Sequence record: SRR2962707_682
Length of the DNA stretch: 43,593 nt
Strand: one strand, 5' to 3'
The notes under the pieces were generated by a model that searched no databases, was not told the DNA's origin, and saw nothing but the letters and a program-made list of their open reading frames with translations. Positions 24,348 through 33,278 of the stretch are shown here, one piece after another. Position numbers and translations under genes: made by a program. Every line of letters starts with the position of its first letter. The stretch's first letter is position 1.

Positions 24348-25817
24348 TCAACCGGCTGGCGTGTTTGCGTGAATTTCCTCAGCGATGAACCGATTGGCAC
24401 GGAAATCGTCAGACCAGTGATCAGGCGCCATACCGGCCTTGCGTTTAAGTTGGGCAAGAAACTGTTTCGGTTCCGGCAATTGTTCCCATACCGATGGCAG
24501 GAAAAGGGCACGTCGTCCGCCATCGGCGATAACAAGTCCATCGATACCCGGCCTCAACTGCTGCAATAAGTCATTCTCATCGCTGATTTGCATTGGAGCC
24601 TGCGGGCTAAGCACTGAAATCGACAGATTCAGGTTTTCGTATTCTTCGGGTTGGACAGCCTTGAAGCGGGGGTCGCTGAAAGCCGCCCGGAATGCGTTCT
24701 GTGCGACGTCTTTTGCCAGCGGCTGATGGGCGACCGGAGAGCCGATGCAGCCACGCAATTGTTTTTGCCTGGTCTTGAGGGTGACGAACGATGCGCCATT
24801 TGTTTGTAATGCCGCTGGCTCCGCGGACAGATCCAAATTGACGGGTTTATTGTTTTTCAATCCATAGCGGATTGATCTGTCCGCGATTTCGAGCAGACGT
24901 TGGCCGTGGTCGCGTAGAAGCTGCTTCGTTTGTGCCTCGAAATCATTTGTCTGAGTTGATCTTTTTGCTGAAGGGGAGGGTTTGTCGATCCGGCGAAGGG
25001 TAATCACTTTGCGTTTGGTTTCCGCTGGCTCATAAAAAGCCCAGGCGCCATATCCGACAACCTTGTCCTTGTTGCCGGCCGTGTCACCCGAGTTCTTGAG
25101 TTCAATCGTTTCGACTTTCATGCCCCGTTGATTGGCGAGATTTAGCAACCCGCCGAGAGGAAAGCGTCCGCAAGCGCCGTTGCGTTCGATTTTACCTGGA
25201 TCAAGAGATGTGATCGCAGCACAGGTGCGTTGGTCGATCTCCTGGGCGGCATCGTAATTCAGGAAATGGCTCAGGTCCGAGGAAATGACGATCAGTGTTT
25301 CCGGCCCGCCCCAAAGCGTCTTCAAAACTTCTGCGACTTTTGAAGGGGGCGTTTCACCGACAACGATAGGGACAAGTTTGAAGTCACCCAGCAGTTCCTG
25401 CAGAAATGGCAAATGGACTTCCAACGAATGCTCTGCCTGATGTGTCGGCGGGAAGTCGCCGACCTGGTCAAAATGGCGGATGCTTTCTTCGGCTTCCTTG
25501 TCAATTTCGACCCGGCCCAGCGGCGTTTCAAAGTAATCGGCGCCCGACAGCGCCAATCCCTGCACGGCAACACGGTGACAAGGGCCAAGCAGGACGACAC
25601 GGGTAATCCTGTCGGCAACGGGTTTTAGCAGGGCATAGGCTTTGGCCGCGATGGCGCCGGAATATCTGTATCCGGCGTGTGGTGCGACGATTGCCTTCGG
25701 TGCCGGGCCATCAGGTGAGCCTGCCGCGTCCAGGAATTGCCGGACTTCCGCGCGGAGGGCAGCGGCATTCCCCGGGTAAAACATATTGGCGACGGCGGCT
25801 TTGCGAATGGCGGTCAT
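24348..25817 (-). CDS. amrB: AmmeMemoRadiSam system protein B-A fusion (MEMO1-like plus AMMECR1-like)
   Basis: N-terminal half: R.AAVA..FYP, PHAGYRYSG, EHSLEVHLPFLQ, SSDLSH, ACG, VGY. C-terminal half: ASFVTL, LRGCIG, AFSDPRF, FLPSVWEQLP, LKRKAG. Confidence 0.92.
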   Translation of the reverse strand: MTAIRKAAVANMFYPGNAAALRAEVRQFLDAAGSPDGPAPKAIVAPHAGYRYSGAIAAKAYALLKPVADRITRVVLLGPCHRVAVQGLALSGADYFETPLGRVEIDKEAEESIRHFDQVGDFPPTHQAEHSLEVHLPFLQELLGDFKLVPIVVGETPPSKVAEVLKTLWGGPETLIVISSDLSHFLNYDAAQEIDQRTCAAITSLDPGKIERNGACGRFPLGGLLNLANQRGMKVETIELKNSGDTAGNKDKVVGYGAWAFYEPAETKRKVITLRRIDKPSPSAKRSTQTNDFEAQTKQLLRDHGQRLLEIADRSIRYGLKNNKPVNLDLSAEPAALQTNGASFVTLKTRQKQLRGCIGSPVAHQPLAKDVAQNAFRAAFSDPRFKAVQPEEYENLNLSISVLSPQAPMQISDENDLLQQLRPGIDGLVIADGGRRALFLPSVWEQLPEPKQFLAQLKRKAGMAPDHWSDDFRANRFIAEEIHANTPAG

Positions 25818-25924
25818 TTTGGCACATCTCGTTACAACATAGCTGCATTCTAACGTATCCGAAGGGCGATCGAAAACACCAAGCCGTTGTTTTGCCGTCG
25901 TATCGAAACGTCTATACTGAAGAT

Positions 25925-27043
25925 ATGGCCGATGCCGCCCCGATGATGGATGAAACTTTTGCCGACGCCGTTCCCGGCCGTTACTGGCATGCGCTGGATG
26001 ACGGCCGAATCCAGTGCGATATCTGTCCGCGATTCTGTAAACTGCGAGAAGGGCAGCGGGGGCTGTGTTTCGTGCGTGGCCGCCAAAACGATCAAGTCGT
26101 GTTGACCACCTATGGCCGTTCCAGTGGTTTCTGCGTCGACCCGATTGAAAAGAAGCCGCTTAATCACTTTCTGCCTGGCACCCCGGTGCTAAGTTTCGGG
26201 ACGGCTGGCTGCAATCTGACCTGCACATTTTGCCAGAACCACGATATTTCCAAATCACGCGAATTCGACAAATTGCAGTCCAAAGCGGGTCCGGAAGTGA
26301 TCGCTGCGGCAGCCGTCAAAACGGGATCACGCTCGGTTGCCTATACCTATAACGACCCGGTGATCTTTCTTGAATACGCCGTCGATGTCGCTGTGGCCTG
26401 CCATGAACGTGGGGTCAAGAATGTCGCCGTGTCTGCTGGATACATATGCGATGCCCCGCGCGAGGAGTTCTATCGCCACATGGACGCCGCGAATATTGAT
26501 CTCAAGGCGTTTACGCAGGAATTTTACCGAAAGCTTTGCAGTGCTGACCTGCAACCGGTGCTGGAAACCCTGAAATACCTCAAACACGAAACGGATGTCT
26601 GGTTTGAAATCACCGATCTGTTGATCCCGGACGAAAACGATTCCGAACATGAAATCGAAGAAATGACCCAATGGATCATGGAGAACCTGGGACCGGATGT
26701 CCCCTTGCATTTTACGGCTTTCCATCCTGACTGGAAGATGCTCGACAAGGTCCGCACACCCCCTGAAACGCTGTTACGGGCAAGAAACATCGCCCTCAAA
26801 AACGGTATTCGATATGTCTATACGGGTAATATTCATCACAAACCGACACAGAGCACCTACTGCCACAATTGCGGAGAGCTTTTGATTGGACGGGATTGGC
26901 ACCAGTTGTCGGACTGGAACGTGGATTTTGGCGGAAACCACGTCAGTGACTGTCGGAAATGCGGGACGCAATTGGCCGGCGTATTTGAAGAACGGCCGGG
27001 AGATTGGGGCCGCAAGCGTGTCCCCGTGCGTTTCACGCCTTAG
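25925..27043 (+). CDS. amrS: AmmeMemoRadiSam system radical SAM enzyme
   Basis: CDICPRFC N-terminal cluster, DPIEKKPLNHF, radical SAM CNLTCTFCQN, YTYNDP, NIDLK, YVYTGN and C-terminal CHNC/CRKC; ATG at 25925 (or 25943). Confidence 0.94.
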   Translation: MADAAPMMDETFADAVPGRYWHALDDGRIQCDICPRFCKLREGQRGLCFVRGRQNDQVVLTTYGRSSGFCVDPIEKKPLNHFLPGTPVLSFGTAGCNLTCTFCQNHDISKSREFDKLQSKAGPEVIAAAAVKTGSRSVAYTYNDPVIFLEYAVDVAVACHERGVKNVAVSAGYICDAPREEFYRHMDAANIDLKAFTQEFYRKLCSADLQPVLETLKYLKHETDVWFEITDLLIPDENDSEHEIEEMTQWIMENLGPDVPLHFTAFHPDWKMLDKVRTPPETLLRARNIALKNGIRYVYTGNIHHKPTQSTYCHNCGELLIGRDWHQLSDWNVDFGGNHVSDCRKCGTQLAGVFEERPGDWGRKRVPVRFTP

Positions 27044-27157
27044 CGGCCAAATCTCGGATATTCTTCCTGGTTTTGCAATAAACCTCCCAGCGTGACTTTA
27101 TTTGTCTGACCTGCTAAACGGCCTCGCAAGTCCACTTAAATAAGGCACTTTTCCGCC

Positions 27158-28186
27158 ATGACCAGAAAACAGCTTCTGATCGCCTTGAAGGTAATAGTAT
27201 CGGTCGGATTGATGGCCGTGCTGATCAACGGGATAGATCTTGGCGCGGAAAAAGATCGCATTCTGTCGGCAAACCTCTGGTACATGCTGGCAGCTGCTGT
27301 TGTTCTGATCGTGCAAATGGGTGTTGGCGGCGCTCGCTGGTGGGCGGTAATGCGGGCAATAGAGCACCCGGTTTCTTGGTTGGAGTTGACACGTTTATTC
27401 TGGATCGGTGGATTTTTCTCGCAAGCTCTGCCGTCATCTGTTGGTGGCGACCCGATCCGGATTTATATGACCTACAAAGACGGGGTGCCGCTCGGCAAAG
27501 CCATCAACGGTGTCATGCTTGAGCGGGTCGTGACGATCGTCGGCCTTGTGGTCCTCGCAGCTGCAGTACAGCCAGCATTTCTGCCAAAAATAGATGAACA
27601 AGCGCAGTCATTGACGATATTGAGCCTCGTTTTGCTTGGCTTTGGCGCAGTCGCCGGGATCATTGTACTCATGTGCCTGGATCGTCTGCCGGAAGCATTG
27701 TCACGGTTTCGTATCGTGCGGGGAATGCATGCACTGGCGGGTGATACAAGGAAGCTGTTTCTGCACCCCGGGCACACGCTGATTTCATTGTTTTTCGGCA
27801 CACTCACGCACATCAACATATCGTTTTGTGTGTTCCTTCTGGCAAAGGGGCTCGCCGTTGATGTGACATGGCTGGATTGCATGGTGCTGATGCCGCCGGT
27901 TCTGCTTGTCACGACACTTCCTATTTCCATCGCCGGCTGGGGCGTTCGTGAAGGGGCAATGACAGTGGCTTTTGCACTGGTCGGTGTTTCTCAGGGGGGG
28001 GCCGTGGTGCTGTCTCTGTCGATGGGGTTGCTTGCAATTGTGATTACCTTGCCTGCAGGAATTGTCTGGCTGCTCGGCCGGAAAAAGGGAGATTCGATTA
28101 CCTTGGCCGAAGCTGAGGCCGCGGTTGAGGAAGAACTCGACCATACAGCCGAATTGCCGGACCACGAAAAGCGCGAAAACAGTTGA
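27158..28186 (+). CDS. Lysylphosphatidylglycerol synthase TM-domain / YbhN (UPF0104) flippase-like membrane protein
   Basis: Multi-TM protein with RW, FFSQALPSSVGGD..R, LER and LPISIAGWGVREG. Confidence 0.85.
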   Translation: MTRKQLLIALKVIVSVGLMAVLINGIDLGAEKDRILSANLWYMLAAAVVLIVQMGVGGARWWAVMRAIEHPVSWLELTRLFWIGGFFSQALPSSVGGDPIRIYMTYKDGVPLGKAINGVMLERVVTIVGLVVLAAAVQPAFLPKIDEQAQSLTILSLVLLGFGAVAGIIVLMCLDRLPEALSRFRIVRGMHALAGDTRKLFLHPGHTLISLFFGTLTHINISFCVFLLAKGLAVDVTWLDCMVLMPPVLLVTTLPISIAGWGVREGAMTVAFALVGVSQGGAVVLSLSMGLLAIVITLPAGIVWLLGRKKGDSITLAEAEAAVEEELDHTAELPDHEKRENS

Positions 28187-28264
28187 GTTTGCCAAGCGTG
28201 GCCTTGAACAGCCGCGGCTGACCTATACACTCACTGCAACCGTTTTTTCACAGTGAGGTCCCCC

Positions 28265-29767
28265 ATGAAGGTTACATTTTCCAACCCCGCACAGCCTGCC
28301 AAAGGTATAGCCGTTGTCTTCGCCGCCGAAGGTGGTAAATGGACATCAACCGCTGTGGCTCTTGATAAAAAGCTCAAGGGAAGCCTTAAGCGTGCAGCAA
28401 AGGCCGCCAGTTTCGAGGGGAAAAAGAAACAAACAATGACGGTTCTGGCGCCGAGTGGCTCAAGCCTGGACCGCGTGCTTTGTGTCGGCCTCGGGAACCC
28501 GGCAGATATCACGGCGGAAAGCATGGCCGAAGCAGGGGGCACGATTTATGCGGCGCTCAAAGGCGCCGGCAAAAGTGCTTCGATGTATGTTGATGACGTC
28601 GCCAAGTGCAAGCTGAGCACAACCGATTGCGCAGCTAACCTGGCTTATGGTGCAAACCTGCGGGCGTACAAATTCGAGAAATACAAAGGCAAGGAAAAGC
28701 AGGACAAGAATCCTGGTTTTGAGGACCTCACGGTTTATTGCGATGGCTCTGCCTCAGCACGCACAACCTATGGGAAATTCGCAAAGATTGCCGAGGGTGT
28801 TTACTTCACCCGGGATCTGGTCTCCGAGCCCCCAAACATTCTGTACCCGGCTGAATTCGCGAAACGTCTGAAGCGCGACCTGACCAAACTGGGGGTCAAG
28901 GTTACGGTCATGGGCGAAGCCCAGATGCGTAAACTCGGCATGGGGTCGCTCCTGTCGGTCGGTGACGGCAGTGCCCGTGAAAGCCAGATGGTCGTCATGG
29001 AGTGGAACGGCCTGCCGGCTTCGAAAAAGAAAAATTCAAAGCCGATTTCATTCATTGGCAAGGGGGTTTGCTTCGATACCGGTGGCATTTCCTTGAAGCC
29101 GTCGGCCGGCATGGACGATATGAAATGGGATATGGGCGGCGCCGGGGTGGTTTCCGGGCTGATGATGGCCTTGGCAGGCCGTAAAGCGAAATGCCATGTA
29201 ATCGGTGCCGTTGGTCTGGTTGAAAACATGCCGGATGGTAACGCCACGCGGCCCGGTGACATCGTCAAATCGATGTCCGGCCAGACCATTGAAATCCTCA
29301 ACACGGATGCCGAGGGCCGTTTGGTCCTCTGCGATGTGCTACATTACGTCAACACCAAGTACAAACCTGAGTTCATGGTCGACCTCGCCACTTTGACGGG
29401 GGCAATCATCATTTCGCTGGGCAGTGAGCGTGCCGGGATGTTTGCCAATGATGACACCTTGTCAGAGCGGATTTTCCAGGCTGGCGAAACCATTGGAGAA
29501 CGTGTCTGGCGGTTCCCGTTGGGCGAGGAGTATGACCGGGATCTGGATACAGCAGCGGCAGACATGCGCAATATTGGCTCTGGTCGCGGTGCGGGATCAA
29601 TCACCGCAGCACAGTTCCTGAAACGCTTTGTCGGTGAAACGCCGTGGGTGCATCTGGACATTGCCGGCGTCACCTGGTCGAAAAAAGACACCCCCGTTGT
29701 TCCCAAGGGCGGGACAGCATTCGGCGTTCGCTTACTGGAGCGTCTGGTCGCTGATCATTACGAATAA
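28265..29767 (+). CDS. pepA: Leucyl aminopeptidase (M17)
   Basis: IGKGVCFDTGGISLK, MKWDMGGA, NTDAEGRL, DLATLTGA and WVHLDIAG; GAGG upstream of the ATG at 28265. Confidence 0.96.
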   Translation: MKVTFSNPAQPAKGIAVVFAAEGGKWTSTAVALDKKLKGSLKRAAKAASFEGKKKQTMTVLAPSGSSLDRVLCVGLGNPADITAESMAEAGGTIYAALKGAGKSASMYVDDVAKCKLSTTDCAANLAYGANLRAYKFEKYKGKEKQDKNPGFEDLTVYCDGSASARTTYGKFAKIAEGVYFTRDLVSEPPNILYPAEFAKRLKRDLTKLGVKVTVMGEAQMRKLGMGSLLSVGDGSARESQMVVMEWNGLPASKKKNSKPISFIGKGVCFDTGGISLKPSAGMDDMKWDMGGAGVVSGLMMALAGRKAKCHVIGAVGLVENMPDGNATRPGDIVKSMSGQTIEILNTDAEGRLVLCDVLHYVNTKYKPEFMVDLATLTGAIIISLGSERAGMFANDDTLSERIFQAGETIGERVWRFPLGEEYDRDLDTAAADMRNIGSGRGAGSITAAQFLKRFVGETPWVHLDIAGVTWSKKDTPVVPKGGTAFGVRLLERLVADHYE

Positions 29768-29797
29768 TCGAGGAGCCGTCGCTATGCGGTACGCTGC

Positions 29798-30244
29798 ATG
29801 ACCGACATCGGCTTTTATCATCTGACGCGTTCCGGCCTTGACCAGGCGTTGCCGCAGTTATTGCAGAAAACCCTGGGGGCCGGAAAGCGTGCCTTGGTCG
29901 TACTTGGCTCTGAAGAGCGGGTCCGCTGGCTCGACGATTTTCTGTGGACGTTTGATTCAGCGTCGTGGATGCCGCATGGCTCCGACAGGGACGGCGATCC
30001 GGAAATGCAGCCGGTCTGGCTTGATGTAACGGACGCAAACCCCAATAAGGCAGAATTTCTTTTTCTGGCAGATGGTGGGGTTTCTGAACGTGTCAGCGAG
30101 TTTGAGCGTTGCTTCGATCTTTTTGACGGAAAGGACGAAGATGCGGTGGCACAGGCGCGGTCGAGATGGAAAGTCCTGAAAGAAGCTGGGCATGATCTGA
30201 CATATTGGCAGCAAGGTGACCGGGGCTGGGAAAAAAAGGCATAA
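29798..30244 (+). CDS. holC: DNA polymerase III subunit chi
   Basis: FYHLT, LDDFLW, PHG, QPVWL, ARSRWK and YWQQ; lies downstream of pepA. Confidence 0.93.
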   Translation: MTDIGFYHLTRSGLDQALPQLLQKTLGAGKRALVVLGSEERVRWLDDFLWTFDSASWMPHGSDRDGDPEMQPVWLDVTDANPNKAEFLFLADGGVSERVSEFERCFDLFDGKDEDAVAQARSRWKVLKEAGHDLTYWQQGDRGWEKKA

Positions 30245-30286
30245 GCCTGGAACAATAATCCTGTTAATCGGAATGGGGAGAGAGAC

Positions 30287-31312
30287 ATGGCAAAGCGTTG
30301 GGTAAATCGGCCTGAAGGATCAACCTGGGGCGATTGGGGTGAAGACGATCAACTGGGTCGTGTGAATTTGCTGACGCCGGAAAAGGTCAAGGCGGCGGTG
30401 GCTGAAGTTACCGAAGGCCTGACATTCTGCCTTTCCATGCCGCTCGACATGCCGGGTGGCAATTCGGTCAATCCGAAGCGGTTTCCTCCGCAGCTCGGTC
30501 CGGTGTTCCATCCACCCGGTGGCGATGCTTTCTATTACAACATGGAATGGCGTAAGTGGCAGGACGGGAACATGGATGTCTCGTCCGACGAGTGCACGAC
30601 GTTCTGGAACCAGTATTCAACACAATGGGACAGTTTCGCGCATGTCGGCAGCATGTTCGATGCTGATGGCGATGGAGAGCCCGAGCGGGTTTATTACAAC
30701 GGGTTTCGTGCGGATGTAGAAGTGCTCGGTCCGGAACATCCTGATGGCATGGGCGCAAGGGCGCTCTCTGTTGCCGGGATGGCAACAGCCGGCATGCAGG
30801 GGCGGGGCGTTCTTCTGGACATGGTCAAGCATCATGGGCGCGAACGTGTCGTTGTTGGTTATGATGAACTGATGCGCATGTTTGATGCGGATAACATTGA
30901 GGTTGAGGAAGGTGACTTCTTCCTGTTCCACACAGGTTGGGATGACATGATCTTTGAGATGGCGGGGAACCCCGACGCAAAGAAACTGCATGCAAGCGGT
31001 GCCGTGCTGGATGGGTATGATGAAAAGCTGCTGCAATGGATATCCGACAGCGGTGTGGTCGCTCTGATTTCGGACAACATGGCGGTAGAGGATTCGCATG
31101 GCTACGGGGAAACCCAGGGCGGCTGTTCGCGCCTGCCTATACATCGTCACTGTCTGTTTCGGCTGGGGGTGCATCTTGGAGAAATCTGGCATCTATCAGA
31201 GCTGGCCAAGGCTCTTCATGAGCGGGGGCGTTCCCGCTTTTTGCTGACGGCCCCGCCATTACGGCTTCCGGGAGCGGTAGGTTCGCCAGCGACACCGATC
31301 GCGACGATCTGA
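30287..31312 (+). CDS. Cyclase family (kynurenine formamidase-like) protein
   Basis: WGDWGEDDQLGRVN, QYSTQWDSFAH, GRGVLLD, HTGW, SDNMAVE, LGEIWHL and GAVGSPATPIA. Confidence 0.88.
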   Translation: MAKRWVNRPEGSTWGDWGEDDQLGRVNLLTPEKVKAAVAEVTEGLTFCLSMPLDMPGGNSVNPKRFPPQLGPVFHPPGGDAFYYNMEWRKWQDGNMDVSSDECTTFWNQYSTQWDSFAHVGSMFDADGDGEPERVYYNGFRADVEVLGPEHPDGMGARALSVAGMATAGMQGRGVLLDMVKHHGRERVVVGYDELMRMFDADNIEVEEGDFFLFHTGWDDMIFEMAGNPDAKKLHASGAVLDGYDEKLLQWISDSGVVALISDNMAVEDSHGYGETQGGCSRLPIHRHCLFRLGVHLGEIWHLSELAKALHERGRSRFLLTAPPLRLPGAVGSPATPIATI

Positions 31313-31320
31313 GCGGGGGC

Positions 31321-32448
31321 TCAATGGCGCCGGCGGATACTCCACGCGAGCACCATGCCGAGGCCACCTAAAATGGCCATGGCGACATAAGCCTGACCGG
31401 CGAAGGCATCGTAAAGATGCCCCGACGCGAAACTCATGAGGCCGATCCCCAATCCTGACACTGCCAGGGCATAAAGCGTTTGTGCGGTAGATGAAATTTC
31501 CTCGGGCATGCGATCAGCGATGAAGTAAATCGCGCCCAAGTGAGCTGCGCCGAAGGTAAATGCGTGAAGCAACTGAAGCAGAATGATCACGGATAGGGCA
31601 TCCGTGTAAGCGGTCAGGGACCATCGTATCAGGCAGGCCAAGCCTCCCAGGGCTATGAGCCGCGCCGGGCCGATCTTGCGGATGGCGTCGGCAGCAAACA
31701 CGAAGAGGATCACCTCCGCAACGACACCCTCAGCCCACAATAGACCGATGACGCCTTCTTCTAGACCCATGCGAAGCCAGTTCAGGGTGCCGAAACTGTA
31801 ATAAAGTGCATGCGAACCCTGAACGCAGACGGTGGCGGCAATAAAAATCAGAAATGTTCTGTCGCCGATAACCTGCCGGAACGGTTTCGATTCAGGCGGG
31901 GCGGGTTGCGAGCGAAAGTCGGGTATAAACAGCGATATCAAGACAAGAAGCCCAAGCGCTGCTGTAACCGAAGCCCAGATTGCATCCGGATCAGCGCCTT
32001 TCAGAAAGAAACCAATACCGGATGCACCGGCTATGAAGGTCAGGGACCCCCAGAGCCGTATTCTGCCGTAATCGAGTTTCTGTGTTCTGGTCCCGGTCAT
32101 GGTCAGGCTTTCGCTCAAGGGCATCAGCGGCCCGAACGTCCCGGCTGTGCATGCCTGGAGAAGCAGGATCACCCAGAATTCATCGGCAAAATAAAAGGGC
32201 AGGTATAAGACAAAGGCGGCAGCGGCGAGGGCGATGATCGGCCGGCGCCGTTCACCGGTTCGATCCGAGAAATGGGCAATCTGCGGGGCAAGGAATACGC
32301 GTACGATACTACCCGAAGCAATGGTCAGGCCGATTTCAGTCGCACTTAATCCCTTGGACTGCAGCCAAACTGGCCAGAATGGCATCATGATACCGATGGC
32401 CAGGAAAATACTGCCATACAGTGCCGAAAGTCGGACGGTCGGGGTCAT
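31321..32448 (-). CDS. MFS transporter (HcaT / LacY-like)
   Basis: About 12 TM segments; PFWPVWL, DYGRIRLWGS, GVVAEV and QLLHAFTFGA. Confidence 0.88.
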   Translation of the reverse strand: MTPTVRLSALYGSIFLAIGIMMPFWPVWLQSKGLSATEIGLTIASGSIVRVFLAPQIAHFSDRTGERRRPIIALAAAAFVLYLPFYFADEFWVILLLQACTAGTFGPLMPLSESLTMTGTRTQKLDYGRIRLWGSLTFIAGASGIGFFLKGADPDAIWASVTAALGLLVLISLFIPDFRSQPAPPESKPFRQVIGDRTFLIFIAATVCVQGSHALYYSFGTLNWLRMGLEEGVIGLLWAEGVVAEVILFVFAADAIRKIGPARLIALGGLACLIRWSLTAYTDALSVIILLQLLHAFTFGAAHLGAIYFIADRMPEEISSTAQTLYALAVSGLGIGLMSFASGHLYDAFAGQAYVAMAILGGLGMVLAWSIRRRH

Positions 32449-33272
32449 GACGTAATGTCGTCAGCGAAATGACGCAGATAAGTAAGTCCATGAATTGCGC
32501 GCGAGCCATACCAGGACGTCATCTCGCCATCGATCATATGTGCTTTGGATGCATGCTTTGGAAATGACTTCCGAAAGTCATTTATATCGTCATCGCCAAA
32601 GCTGTAGGGTTCCGACGAAAAGAGTACCAGATCGACACCTTCCAAAGATGCGTCATCAATGTGGACCGCCGGGTAACGAGCCGCATCACCGGTTAATGCT
32701 GGATCGGCTCCTGGGGTCACAATGCGCCAATTGACCAAACCAAGCATATTTCCAATGTATGTATCGGCGCCGATCGCCATCCACGGGTCTTTCCAGATCA
32801 GATACAGAACGCGCTGCTCGGTATCTCTGTTTGCCTCATAAAACTGTTCACGAGCGGAAGTATATGCCTGAACGAGTTTTTCCGCTGCATGATCAGCATC
32901 AAAGGCATTCCCGATAAGCCTGTACAGATCTACGTTGTCATCCGGATGCATGGGATGCGTGACGATCACGTGGACCCCTGAGTCGCGGAGGTCTTCCGCC
33001 ATATCCTTAGGGTTTTCATCGACATTGAGTAAGGCATGTGTCGGTGCAAGTTCCTGCACGCGGTCCATTTTGATTTTCTTGGTGCCGCCGACTGAAGGTA
33101 TCAAAGTGATCCGTTCTTTCGGATGGATACAATAATGCGTCCGGCCAACCAGATGATTTCCAAGTCCTAAGTCAAAACAAAGCTCGGTCAAGCTGGGGAC
33201 CAGCGACAGGATGCGCGCATCAGGATCGGGGGTGAAGGAGGTGCCGAGAAAATCCTTAAGCGGCATCCGCAT
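32445..33272 (-). CDS. Helical-backbone metal receptor (BtuF-like) protein without signal peptide
   Basis: RILSLVPSLTEL, VGRTHYCIHP, VGGTK, YLIWKDPWM, SSEPYSF and DGEMTSWYGSR. Confidence 0.85.
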   Translation of the reverse strand: MRMPLKDFLGTSFTPDPDARILSLVPSLTELCFDLGLGNHLVGRTHYCIHPKERITLIPSVGGTKKIKMDRVQELAPTHALLNVDENPKDMAEDLRDSGVHVIVTHPMHPDDNVDLYRLIGNAFDADHAAEKLVQAYTSAREQFYEANRDTEQRVLYLIWKDPWMAIGADTYIGNMLGLVNWRIVTPGADPALTGDAARYPAVHIDDASLEGVDLVLFSSEPYSFGDDDINDFRKSFPKHASKAHMIDGEMTSWYGSRAIHGLTYLRHFADDITS

Positions 33273-33278
33273 TTTAAC

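Noticed and set aside
25679-25924. N-terminal extension of the amrS ORF
   Set aside because: It overlaps the divergent amrB start and has no family similarity.
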